From IMG/VR virus record IMGVR_UViG_3300009441_000007: DNA of 20,000 bases, one strand, 5' to 3'. Source of the DNA: an uncultured virus (IMG/VR IMGVR_UViG_3300009441_000007) (lineage: Duplodnaviria; Heunggongvirae; Uroviricota; Caudoviricetes). Under the pieces are notes generated by a model that ran no database searches, was not told the DNA's origin, and was given only the letters and a program-made list of their open reading frames with translations. The position numbers were made by a program, and so were the translations under genes. The number at the start of each line of letters is the position of its first letter. Positions within the stretch are counted from its first letter, which is position 1. Shown piece by piece: positions 9,003 to 16,676 of the stretch.

Positions 9003-9034
9003 CTCTGGCCAAAAACCGCCCAGAGGATTTTTTT
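9003..9034 (+). terminator. Possible intrinsic terminator
   Basis: CTCTGG (9003-9008) pairs with CCAGAG (9020-9025), followed by GATTTTTTT; short stem with an 11-nt loop. Confidence 0.3.
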
Positions 9035-9047
9035 AAGAGGAGACACG

Positions 9048-9449
9048 ATGAAGACGTTTATTATAGGTGTATTGTGTACAATCTCACTTAGCGTCTCGGC
9101 AATGCCTATTCCAGAAAAACCAGAACTGGTATTTGCGAAGTCATCGGGGGTGTACAACACTCCGCTTCGGCTCAAACATTATGATGATATTCGTAAGGCT
9201 AAGATGTATTGGTATGCTATCAATGCTCTAGATGTGTACACTACCTATAATGGACTGAGACAAAATGGAAATTTGTATGAAGCCAATCCAATTCTACCCA
9301 AAAGACCTAGTGTATCACAGTTGGCTGTACACAAGATAGTACTAATAACAGTATTCAATCGTTATTTAGATTTTACGCAAAGGGATTACCGCAAATTGAA
9401 TACAATTCTTACTGGTGTTGTCATTAATAATTATTCACTTTATAACTAG
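9048..9449 (+). CDS. Hypothetical exported/membrane protein
   Basis: Strong RBS AAGAGGAG before ATG 9048; signal peptide MKTFIIGVLCTISLSVSA; DVYTT..G....EANP motif. Confidence 0.7.
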   Translation: MKTFIIGVLCTISLSVSAMPIPEKPELVFAKSSGVYNTPLRLKHYDDIRKAKMYWYAINALDVYTTYNGLRQNGNLYEANPILPKRPSVSQLAVHKIVLITVFNRYLDFTQRDYRKLNTILTGVVINNYSLYN

Positions 9450-9457
9450 AGAAACAT

Positions 9458-9829
9458 ATGGCTTATTCAGATAAAGTATTAGATCATTACGAGAACCCGC
9501 GTAACGTGGGCAAGTGGGATCCTGCCGATAATATAGGTACAGGTATGGTCGGCGCTCCTGCTTGTGGTGATGTTATGCGACTACAGATTAAGGTAGATGA
9601 TGGTATTATCAGTGACGCATGTTTTAAAACATATGGATGCGGTAGTGCTATTGCGAGTAGTAGTTTAGTGACTGAGATGATCAAAGGTATGACATTGGAT
9701 GGCGCAAACGCGATACGGAATACCCAACTGGCAGAAGAACTTGCATTGCCCCCAGTGAAGATACATTGTTCTGTGTTGGCTGAAGATGCAATTAAGGCAG
9801 CAATCTCAGACTACAGGTCTAAAATATGA
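9458..9829 (+). CDS. iscU: Fe-S cluster scaffold IscU
   Basis: MAYSDKVLDHYENPRNVG, APACGD, YGCGSAIAS and LPPVKIHC (HscA-binding LPPVK); all three Cys ligands present. Confidence 0.96.
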   Translation: MAYSDKVLDHYENPRNVGKWDPADNIGTGMVGAPACGDVMRLQIKVDDGIISDACFKTYGCGSAIASSSLVTEMIKGMTLDGANAIRNTQLAEELALPPVKIHCSVLAEDAIKAAISDYRSKI

Positions 9830-10146
9830 TAACGCTAAATGCGGATGCAAAAGAATACTGGCAGAAACTCTTAGAGAATGACCCCAGTTCAAAGTATGTC
9901 CGATTGGGAATTAAGGGTAGCGGTTGTGCTGGGTTTTCATACACATGGGATTACACCAGTACTTTTGATGACGGAGTTTTGGTGGATGATATCCTAGTGG
10001 TAGAAGACTATGCGTCTGGATTCCTAAAGGGAAGTGAAGTAAAATTGAAAGTAGAACTTATGGGTACGACTATAGAAGTATCCAACCCCAACGAATTGAG
10101 CTCATGCGGTTGTGGTGAAAGCATACAATTCACAGAAGCAACGTAG
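9826..10146 (+). CDS. iscA: A-type Fe-S carrier (IscA/ErpA/HesB family)
   Basis: GSGCAGFSY and CGCGES motifs; start overlaps the iscU stop. Confidence 0.88.
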   Translation: MITLNADAKEYWQKLLENDPSSKYVRLGIKGSGCAGFSYTWDYTSTFDDGVLVDDILVVEDYASGFLKGSEVKLKVELMGTTIEVSNPNELSSCGCGESIQFTEAT

Positions 10147-10154
10147 GAGATACC

Positions 10155-10526
10155 ATGGCAGACGATTTCGATTTTGGGTTTACCGCTGTAGATGAGATAC
10201 CAAAGGGTGAGACAGACACCCAACCAGTTCAGGCGGAAATACCAGCAGACCAATTAGATAAGATAATGGATAAACTAGAAGTGCTGGAGTCTAGGATTCT
10301 TTCCTCTGACAATTCTGGTATGATAAATGAACACAGGGCGTTGTTGGAGACTGATGTCGCTACTAAGTTGCGGGATGCCGAAGACTTAATATTGCCCCTC
10401 TTAAAGAATCTGAAACGGAACCCAGACAAAGATTACATTCACTGGCCGAATCGAGATGTCATTATTGACAAACAAATAGAACGGATTACGGCCGTAACAA
10501 GGTACTTTGAACGAATAGGTAGCTGA
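10155..10526 (+). CDS. Hypothetical phage protein
   Basis: AGGAG RBS; 123 aa; MADDFDFGF start and NPDKDYIHWPNR motif. Confidence 0.75.
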   Translation: MADDFDFGFTAVDEIPKGETDTQPVQAEIPADQLDKIMDKLEVLESRILSSDNSGMINEHRALLETDVATKLRDAEDLILPLLKNLKRNPDKDYIHWPNRDVIIDKQIERITAVTRYFERIGS

Positions 10527-10527
10527 T

Positions 10528-10686
10528 ATGACGGATTTAACTAAACCAAGTCAAGAAGAGATCATCACCCACCAAGCGGAAATACTGCGATTTCAGGAAA
10601 AACAGGTCAAAGATCAACAGAAAATGCTCGAAGATCAACGAATTCGCATAGAAAATCTCATTTCTGGGCCAGATTCACCCAAATAA
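10528..10686 (+). CDS. Small coiled-coil protein, 52 aa (absent from the ORF track)
   Basis: MTDLTKPSQEEIITHQAEILRFQEKQVKDQQKMLEDQRIRIENLISGPDSPK*; starts 1 nt after the previous stop and fills the gap. Confidence 0.7.
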   Translation: MTDLTKPSQEEIITHQAEILRFQEKQVKDQQKMLEDQRIRIENLISGPDSPK

Positions 10687-10714
10687 ATTCAATCTTTTTT
10701 CGCTTTCCCTTATA

Positions 10715-10727
10715 AATCAAGGGCTTA
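10715..10727 (+). promoter_or_regulatory. IHF-consensus site
   Basis: AATCAA-GGGC-TTA matches WATCARNNNNTTR, 16 nt upstream of the -35 box. Confidence 0.5.
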
Positions 10728-10742
10728 CTGCGGCGGATAGTT

Positions 10743-10793
10743 CTTGACTTCTGCCCCATAGTATGTCATGATCACTATGTAATCGAGATGAGA
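10743..10793 (+). repeat. 51-bp duplicated early promoter, copy 1
   Basis: CTTGACTTCTGCCCCATAGTATGTCATGATCACTATGTAATCGAGATGAGA; -35 TTGACT 10744-10749, extended -10 TG-n-CATGAT 10767-10772; 50/51 identical to 13285-13335. Confidence 0.9.
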
Positions 10794-10800
10794 GAAGACT

Positions 10801-13236
10801 ATGGATATTAAAGACAAATCGCTGCTTGCAAAGTTACTTGCTACTGAAGATGTTTCTATTGAACATAAGAATGTAGAGACTGCTTACTTTGACCTTAAAA
10901 CGCGAAAGATTGTCCTACCAAATTGGAAGGATATGCCCGAATTTTTATATGACCTTTTTATAGGCCATGAGGTTGGTCACGCGCTGGAGACTCCCGCCGA
11001 AGGTTGGCACAATGCGGTGACTACCCATTCTCCCAACTTCAAGTCTTTTCTAAATGTTGTAGAAGACGTTAGGAATGAGAGATTGATGAAGGTCAGATAT
11101 CCAGGCCTAGTTAAGTCATTCTTTCAGGGATACCAACTACTATTCAAGAAAGATTTTTTCGGTCTCGACAAACTAGACCGAACTCCCCAAGAACTACCGC
11201 TAATCGATAGATGCAATCTTCATTATAAGATTGGGTCATTCCTCGCGTTAGAATTCAGTGATGAAGAACAAGTGATGGTTGATGCCTGTTACACTGCTGA
11301 AACATGGGATGATGTTGTCATTGTCGCAGAACAAATGTTTGAGTTCTCCAAGACCGAAGATGCCATGCAGAATTTGTTAGAAGAACAAAAGGGTCTGGAA
11401 ATGGGTGGCTCTGATGATGGTGAGTACGAAGAGTCCGATGAACAAATGGAAAACTTTTCAGACCAATCGTCAGATGAAGAATCCACTGAAGAGGCTGAGT
11501 CTTCTGATTCCGATGCCACCGATGAAGATGGTGTTGATGGTGTTGAGTCTGAGTCAGAAACTACTGGCGATGCCACTAGTGATGAGAGTGAAGAAACAGA
11601 TTCCGAGACTACCGAATCAAAAGAATCAACAAAATCAGATGAAACATCTGACCCCACTAAGAAAGATGATAGTGATGATATTAATGAGGGTACTACTAAT
11701 ACCAGTAATCCTCTTGATTTTGATGATGCAGAACCCAAGTCATTTACTGACGAGGCTTTCAGAGATTCTGAGAGTCGTTTAGTCGAGACCAGTGCAACTA
11801 ATGGTGTTGTTACTGCAAAGATGCCCAAGTTCAAGTCTAAGTATTTTGCTTTTCCAACTACCAAAGTTTGGCCAGAAAAAGACTTTACTTATATTTGTGG
11901 TGATTACAACAATAATACCAAACTTCCCGCTCCGAATGCTAGGGATGTTGAGAAGACTATGCTTGATGAGTTCACCCATAGAAACAAATCATCAATCAAC
12001 CAGTTGGTTATGCAGTTTGAAATGAAACGCAAGGCAGTCGCAATGCGAAAGGCCAGAGTTAATAAGACTGGCAAGTTGAATGAAGATAAGTTGTGGGCAT
12101 ACAAGTTGACCGAAGATTTGTTTTTGTCCCACACTACTGTCAAAGATGGTCAAAACCACGGTATGTTTATGCTAGTGGATATGTCTGGTTCAATGGGACG
12201 CCACATGGCAGGAACAATCGAACAGTTATTGATTCAGGTTGCCTTCTGCAAAAAAGTTGGTATCCCGTTTGATGTATACGGGTTCTCTGCTAGTGCTATG
12301 TCGCTTCAAAACGAACAGTTTGGTGCTTTCGCTGACCCCAAGAATTTCCAAGACTGTGAAGATGGTTCGGTTTTGATTGACCTTGAAGGGTTCGCTCTGC
12401 TTCAGTTGATTTCATCTGAGTTGCCAATGAGTGAGTACAATAGAAGTTTCAAGAAGTTGCTCGGATACAAAAGTGGATTTGAGTGGAGGGGCGATGCTCC
12501 CAGACTTGAACGATATAGTGTTCCCCAACATTTGTACCTTGGTGCTACTCCATTGTCTCCTGCTCTGATTGTCGCTTCAAAGATTGCTAAGGAATTCAAA
12601 GAGAGAAACAATATTGAAATTATGAATACTGTTGTTCTATCTGATGGTGAAAATACTTCTTCATTGTTGGTGCTTGAGGGTGCTGAGTCTACTGAACGTG
12701 GCCACCTCCGTTACACCGATGCTGTCCAAAGAGAGTTTGGCGGTTACGGTAACAAATCTAGTGTTGGTAAGTTCGTAATGAAGAATGGTTCGCGGTCTAC
12801 CTCAGTTGACTTGTCAGATTCTGCTTGGAGGGAAAGAAATTCCATAGTGTATGGTTCTGCTACTAAAGTTATGATGCAAGTCTATAAGGATATTGTCGGT
12901 TCTAAAATGATTCACTTCTTTATTGCTGACAACAATATCAGGTCTGCTAAGGATGCATGGCGTTCACTAACTGGGAACTACGCTGAATATGACCGTGACT
13001 TTATTGCTGAGAAAGATTCCAATTGGAAAAACAATAACTTCATGTCAATCACTAACAGTCGCCTAGGTAGTGACGTTTGTTTCATTCTAAAGGGTGCTAA
13101 GTCCCTGAATGAGACCCCAGAATTTGAGGTTAAATCCGCCAAAAAGGCCGATATTCTGCGCGGATTCAAGGCTTTTCAGAAGGGAAAGTCCAATTCTAGA
13201 CAGTTTTTGAACAGATTTATTGAGGAGGTTGCGTAA
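10801..13236 (+). CDS. CobT-like protein: N-terminal HExxH metallopeptidase-like domain, acidic linker, C-terminal vWA domain
   Basis: HEVGH plus NVVEDVRNE; D/E/S/T-rich linker at about aa 200-320; MIDAS DMSGS, GATPL and LSDGE. Confidence 0.85.
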   Translation: MDIKDKSLLAKLLATEDVSIEHKNVETAYFDLKTRKIVLPNWKDMPEFLYDLFIGHEVGHALETPAEGWHNAVTTHSPNFKSFLNVVEDVRNERLMKVRYPGLVKSFFQGYQLLFKKDFFGLDKLDRTPQELPLIDRCNLHYKIGSFLALEFSDEEQVMVDACYTAETWDDVVIVAEQMFEFSKTEDAMQNLLEEQKGLEMGGSDDGEYEESDEQMENFSDQSSDEESTEEAESSDSDATDEDGVDGVESESETTGDATSDESEETDSETTESKESTKSDETSDPTKKDDSDDINEGTTNTSNPLDFDDAEPKSFTDEAFRDSESRLVETSATNGVVTAKMPKFKSKYFAFPTTKVWPEKDFTYICGDYNNNTKLPAPNARDVEKTMLDEFTHRNKSSINQLVMQFEMKRKAVAMRKARVNKTGKLNEDKLWAYKLTEDLFLSHTTVKDGQNHGMFMLVDMSGSMGRHMAGTIEQLLIQVAFCKKVGIPFDVYGFSASAMSLQNEQFGAFADPKNFQDCEDGSVLIDLEGFALLQLISSELPMSEYNRSFKKLLGYKSGFEWRGDAPRLERYSVPQHLYLGATPLSPALIVASKIAKEFKERNNIEIMNTVVLSDGENTSSLLVLEGAESTERGHLRYTDAVQREFGGYGNKSSVGKFVMKNGSRSTSVDLSDSAWRERNSIVYGSATKVMMQVYKDIVGSKMIHFFIADNNIRSAKDAWRSLTGNYAEYDRDFIAEKDSNWKNNNFMSITNSRLGSDVCFILKGAKSLNETPEFEVKSAKKADILRGFKAFQKGKSNSRQFLNRFIEEVA

Positions 13237-13246
13237 GTGACTGATA
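13234..13246 (-). promoter_or_regulatory. IHF-consensus site, inverted relative to 10715-10727
   Basis: Minus strand TATCAG-TCAC-TTA matches WATCARNNNNTTR. Confidence 0.45.
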
Positions 13247-13284
13247 TTAAAGGGAAAGAAAAGTTGAGAATAACGAAATTAATC

Positions 13285-13335
13285 CTTGACTTCTGCCCCA
13301 AAGTATGTCATGATCACTATGTAATCGAGATGAGA
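13285..13335 (+). repeat. 51-bp duplicated early promoter, copy 2
   Basis: -35 TTGACT 13286-13291, -10 CATGAT 13309-13314; one mismatch to copy 1. Confidence 0.9.
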
Positions 13336-13354
13336 TAAGAGAGAGAGATATATT

Positions 13355-14563
13355 ATGAGTGTTAAACAAAAAGAACAGTTCTTAACCGCCCTTACTGAGA
13401 ATAACAATTCCCAGAGTGCGATATTTTCAAAGGCAGAGGCGATTGCGATTGCTGATGCTGCTGGTTTGAAATCCCCGATGTGGTTTTTCAAAGAATGTAA
13501 AGTTGGTCGTAATCAATTCTCGCCAAATATGGCGGGTGTTAGTTACATAAAATCAGTGCCGCCTGTCGTAGAAACGTCACAGTCACTTGCGCCGATTGCA
13601 CCAATCGCTGTCGTGCAAACTCAACCAGTTGAGGCTAGAATAGTCAAACAGGCAAAACTTGAAGTGGAAATAGAAAATCTAGTTCCCGCTACTGACAGTA
13701 CATATGTGCCGTTTGGGTTCTATCGTGAGTTGACTACAATTGTCAAGTCTGGAATGTTTTACCCTACGTTCATTTGTGGTTTGTCTGGTAACGGCAAGAC
13801 CATGATGGTTGAACAAGTTTGCGCCAAATTAAAGAAAGAGGCCATTCGGGTTAATATCTCCATTGAGACCGATGAAGATGATTTGATTGGCGGTAACACG
13901 CTTGTCGATGGCAACGTGGTTTATCGGGAAGGCCCTGTCCTTACTGCCATGAAACGTGGTGCGGTACTTATCCTAGATGAGATAGACCGTGGTTCCAATA
14001 AGTTGATGTGTCTTCAGGCAATACTGGAAGGCAAACCTTACTTCAATAAGAAGTCTGGTGAGGTCATAGAACCCGCTAGTGGTTTCAATGTGATTGCTAC
14101 TGCTAATACAAAGGGTCGTGGTTCCGATGATGGTAAGTTCATGGGTGCTCAGGTACTGGATGAGGCGTTTCTAGAAAGGTTCGCTATTACTGTTGAACAA
14201 GAATACCCTTCCAGTGTTCAGGAAAAGAAAATTGTTTTGAACAAGATGCGAGTTGCAAATTGTGTTGATGAAGATTTCGCCGATAAGTTGGTCATGTGGG
14301 CTGACATAATCCGTAAGACTTTCTATGAGGGTGGCATTGATGAGTTGGTTTCGACTCGCCGTCTAGAACACATCACCAAGGCATTCGCCATGTTCAATGA
14401 CCGACTCAAGGCAATCCAGTTGTGTGTGAATCGGTTTGATACCGACACCAAGACTGCCTTTATTGACCTGTATACCAAGGTTGATGCTGGTGCCTCTGTG
14501 GAAGATTTGATGCCCTCCGCCGACTCTGAGGTGAAGAGTGAGGAAGATTCCTATGACTTCTAG
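13355..14563 (+). CDS. cobS: CobS-like / MoxR-CbbQ family AAA+ ATPase
   Basis: Walker A GLSGNGKT, DLIGG, Walker B LILDEID, ATANT, AFLERF and STRRL; adjacent to its vWA partner. Confidence 0.88.
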   Translation: MSVKQKEQFLTALTENNNSQSAIFSKAEAIAIADAAGLKSPMWFFKECKVGRNQFSPNMAGVSYIKSVPPVVETSQSLAPIAPIAVVQTQPVEARIVKQAKLEVEIENLVPATDSTYVPFGFYRELTTIVKSGMFYPTFICGLSGNGKTMMVEQVCAKLKKEAIRVNISIETDEDDLIGGNTLVDGNVVYREGPVLTAMKRGAVLILDEIDRGSNKLMCLQAILEGKPYFNKKSGEVIEPASGFNVIATANTKGRGSDDGKFMGAQVLDEAFLERFAITVEQEYPSSVQEKKIVLNKMRVANCVDEDFADKLVMWADIIRKTFYEGGIDELVSTRRLEHITKAFAMFNDRLKAIQLCVNRFDTDTKTAFIDLYTKVDAGASVEDLMPSADSEVKSEEDSYDF

Positions 14564-14828
14564 TCCAGACTATAGATACAATGAGGGGGTTCTGATTTCA
14601 GAACTCCAGACGTATATTGACTCCACTTATGGTGAACATTATTCCACTACCAAGTATCAGGCAACCGAATTTATAATTGATGGTGGCCATGGTGAGGGGT
14701 TTTGTATCGGCAATATTATGAAGTACGCCCAGAGATACGGTAAAAAAGAAGGATACAACCGTAAAGATTTATTAAAGGTACTGCACTATGCTATTATCGC
14801 ATTGCATGTACACGATTTAGAGACCTAG
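14553..14828 (+). CDS. DUF3310-like small phage protein
   Basis: HY...GFCIGNIMKYAQRYGKK...DLLKVLHY; ATG 14553 follows GAGGAAG. Confidence 0.7.
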   Translation: MTSSPDYRYNEGVLISELQTYIDSTYGEHYSTTKYQATEFIIDGGHGEGFCIGNIMKYAQRYGKKEGYNRKDLLKVLHYAIIALHVHDLET

Positions 14829-14846
14829 AAAAGTCTTAAACCAGTT

Positions 14847-14926
14847 TCCGCCGAGCGGATTGTCGGGGCTCAATGCGCCTCTCTCTTACTCTCTCGTAAA
14901 TAGTATTGAGTTCCCGACAACTTTAT
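14847..14926 (+). ncRNA. Candidate structured RNA / terminator with CU-rich loop
   Basis: Small hairpin TCCGC/GCGGA (14847-14859), then a stem of about 17 bp (14860-14876 with 14903-14920; 2 G-U, 1 bulge), a 26-nt CU-rich loop and a CTTTAT tail. Confidence 0.5.
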
Positions 14927-14934
14927 TATAAATA
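14927..14934 (+). promoter_or_regulatory. T4-type late promoter TATAAATA
   Basis: Exact gp55 consensus, intergenic, 32 nt before ATG 14967. Confidence 0.75.
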
Positions 14935-14966
14935 GTGAGAGTAAGAATTCTAACAAGGGGAATAAA

Positions 14967-15317
14967 ATGGCTTATAAATCAACATACACTTCCACCCGCC
15001 CTGATGTATCGGCGGATTGGTACTTTCTAAAATCAGACGCTGATGCGGATTTCGGCACCAATGCCGCGCATTATAGAAGTTGGGTTGATGCCCGTTCTGA
15101 TGTAACCGTGACACTCACAGTAGCAGAAGATAACCTGTCCTTTAAATGGGATGCTGTCTTTGCTGATGAGGCTGCATATGATGCATTCAAGGTAGAAGAG
15201 GCTGCACTACATGCCGCTGCACCATATAATGGAACTGCCCATTTGAGTGAATCAGTTTATACCGATTATTTGACTGCTAACAGTCACACTGCTGCTACAA
15301 CTGTAGCTACAGTTTAA
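14967..15317 (+). CDS. Hypothetical late-expressed Ala/Thr-rich protein
   Basis: 116 aa; AAGGGG RBS; preceded by a late promoter. Confidence 0.75.
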   Translation: MAYKSTYTSTRPDVSADWYFLKSDADADFGTNAAHYRSWVDARSDVTVTLTVAEDNLSFKWDAVFADEAAYDAFKVEEAALHAAAPYNGTAHLSESVYTDYLTANSHTAATTVATV

Positions 15318-15326
15318 AATATAGGC

Positions 15327-15356
15327 TTGACATCCGCCTTGAAAGTATGTTACAAT
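15327..15356 (+). promoter_or_regulatory. sigma70-type promoter for the gp45 operon
   Basis: TTGACA 15327-15332, 18-nt spacer, TG-n-TACAAT 15351-15356; shares AGTATGT with the duplicated promoters. Confidence 0.8.
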
Positions 15357-15385
15357 GATGTTTAATTTGATGAAAGGTATATATT

Positions 15386-16036
15386 ATGAAACTATCCAAA
15401 ACGACTTTGGAGCTATTGAAAAACTACTCTACTATTAACACGAATCTTCTTGTTAAAGCAGGGAGTAGTTTATCAACAGTATCCGCTTCTAAGTCAATCC
15501 TCGCTCGAGGTACAATTGAAGAGGCATTCCCGCAAGAGTTTGCCATTTATGACTTGAACCAGTTCTTGTCTCTAGTTACTATGAACGAAGACACCGAAAT
15601 AGAATTCGGCAATGAATCCTTGATTTGTAAGTCTGATGCTGGTAGGTTTAAGTTCTACTATGCAGAACCTTCTATCATCGTGGCTGCACCAGACAAAGAA
15701 ATTGAGATTGATACCTTCTATCAATTTGCTATCACCAAAGAACAAATCAATACAATCTACAGGGCCGCTTCTGTTATATCTGCGCCTGTGCTTAGTGTTG
15801 TCGCTAGTGGCGGTAGTGTAGTTATGAGTGTTGGTGACCCCAATACGCCGAAGAGTAATTCTTTCACAACTGATATCGGACAGGCTGATTTAGAGTTTGA
15901 TGCTCGACTTGGCATTGAGAACCTAAAAGTAATTGCCGATGATTATGAAGTGACAGTCAGTGCGAAAAAGGTGTTTAAGTTTACAAATAGTAAACGCACA
16001 TATTACTTGGCCCTTGAACCAAGTTCAAACATCTAA
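15386..16036 (+). CDS. gp45: Sliding clamp gp45
   Basis: MKLSKTTLELLKNYSTIN, FAIYDLNQFL, ENLK and YYLALE match T4 gp45. Confidence 0.95.
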   Translation: MKLSKTTLELLKNYSTINTNLLVKAGSSLSTVSASKSILARGTIEEAFPQEFAIYDLNQFLSLVTMNEDTEIEFGNESLICKSDAGRFKFYYAEPSIIVAAPDKEIEIDTFYQFAITKEQINTIYRAASVISAPVLSVVASGGSVVMSVGDPNTPKSNSFTTDIGQADLEFDARLGIENLKVIADDYEVTVSAKKVFKFTNSKRTYYLALEPSSNI

Positions 16037-16052
16037 TTGAGGAAAAGTATTA

Positions 16053-16676
16053 ATGAGTGAACTAACCATACCTGTTGGCATGAAATTACCAGACAATGTG
16101 ACTTTTCATATGCGAGTCCGTGATGAGAAGATGGTGGCGAATGCCGAGAATAACCCATATGTCTGGCAGATGGTTGACTGTCCTGATATATTTAAAAACA
16201 AACGAGTAGTTTTATTTGCTGTGCCTGGGGCATTTACCCCAACGTGTTCTGCTTATCAACTGCCGGACTATGATGCCAATTACGAAATGTTCAAACGCGC
16301 TGGTATTGATGAGGTGTATTGCCTATCCGTCAATGATAGTTTTGTTCAGAACAAATGGTCTGATTGGTTGGATGTTGATAATGTCAAATTCATTCCCGAT
16401 GGCAGTGGGTTCTTTACTGAACAGATGGGTGCGTTGGTACGCAAAGATAACCTTGGGTTTGGTGCGAGGTCATGGCGGTATTCGTTACTTGCTAATGATG
16501 GCGTAGTCGAGGTTGCATTCGTGGAAGAAGGATTTGATGATAACATTGCCTTTGACCCATATGAAGTATCTGACCCGTTGACCATGATGGAATACATCCA
16601 GAATGAGAGTCCAATTGGCAAACAACTAGAGTTGAATATATTTGATGGATTGGGAACAGACGAAACTTTTGCCTAA
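16053..16676 (+). CDS. Peroxiredoxin, Prx5 / type II
   Basis: PGAFTPTCS, SVNDSFV, PDGSGFFT and RSWRYS. Confidence 0.92.
   Translation: MSELTIPVGMKLPDNVTFHMRVRDEKMVANAENNPYVWQMVDCPDIFKNKRVVLFAVPGAFTPTCSAYQLPDYDANYEMFKRAGIDEVYCLSVNDSFVQNKWSDWLDVDNVKFIPDGSGFFTEQMGALVRKDNLGFGARSWRYSLLANDGVVEVAFVEEGFDDNIAFDPYEVSDPLTMMEYIQNESPIGKQLELNIFDGLGTDETFA

Noticed and set aside
11289..11864. 191-aa Ser-rich minus-strand ORF and 125-aa alternative-frame ORF
   Set aside because: Shadows of the low-complexity acidic linker, with no promoter, RBS or motifs.
10743..13335. Repeats read as CRISPR, att sites or transposon ends
   Set aside because: Only two copies with clear promoter anatomy; no integrase, transposase or cas gene in the window.
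10801..14563. Cobalamin biosynthesis (true cobaltochelatase CobST)
   Set aside because: No cobN or other cob genes in the window; the pair looks like a generic MoxR-vWA module.
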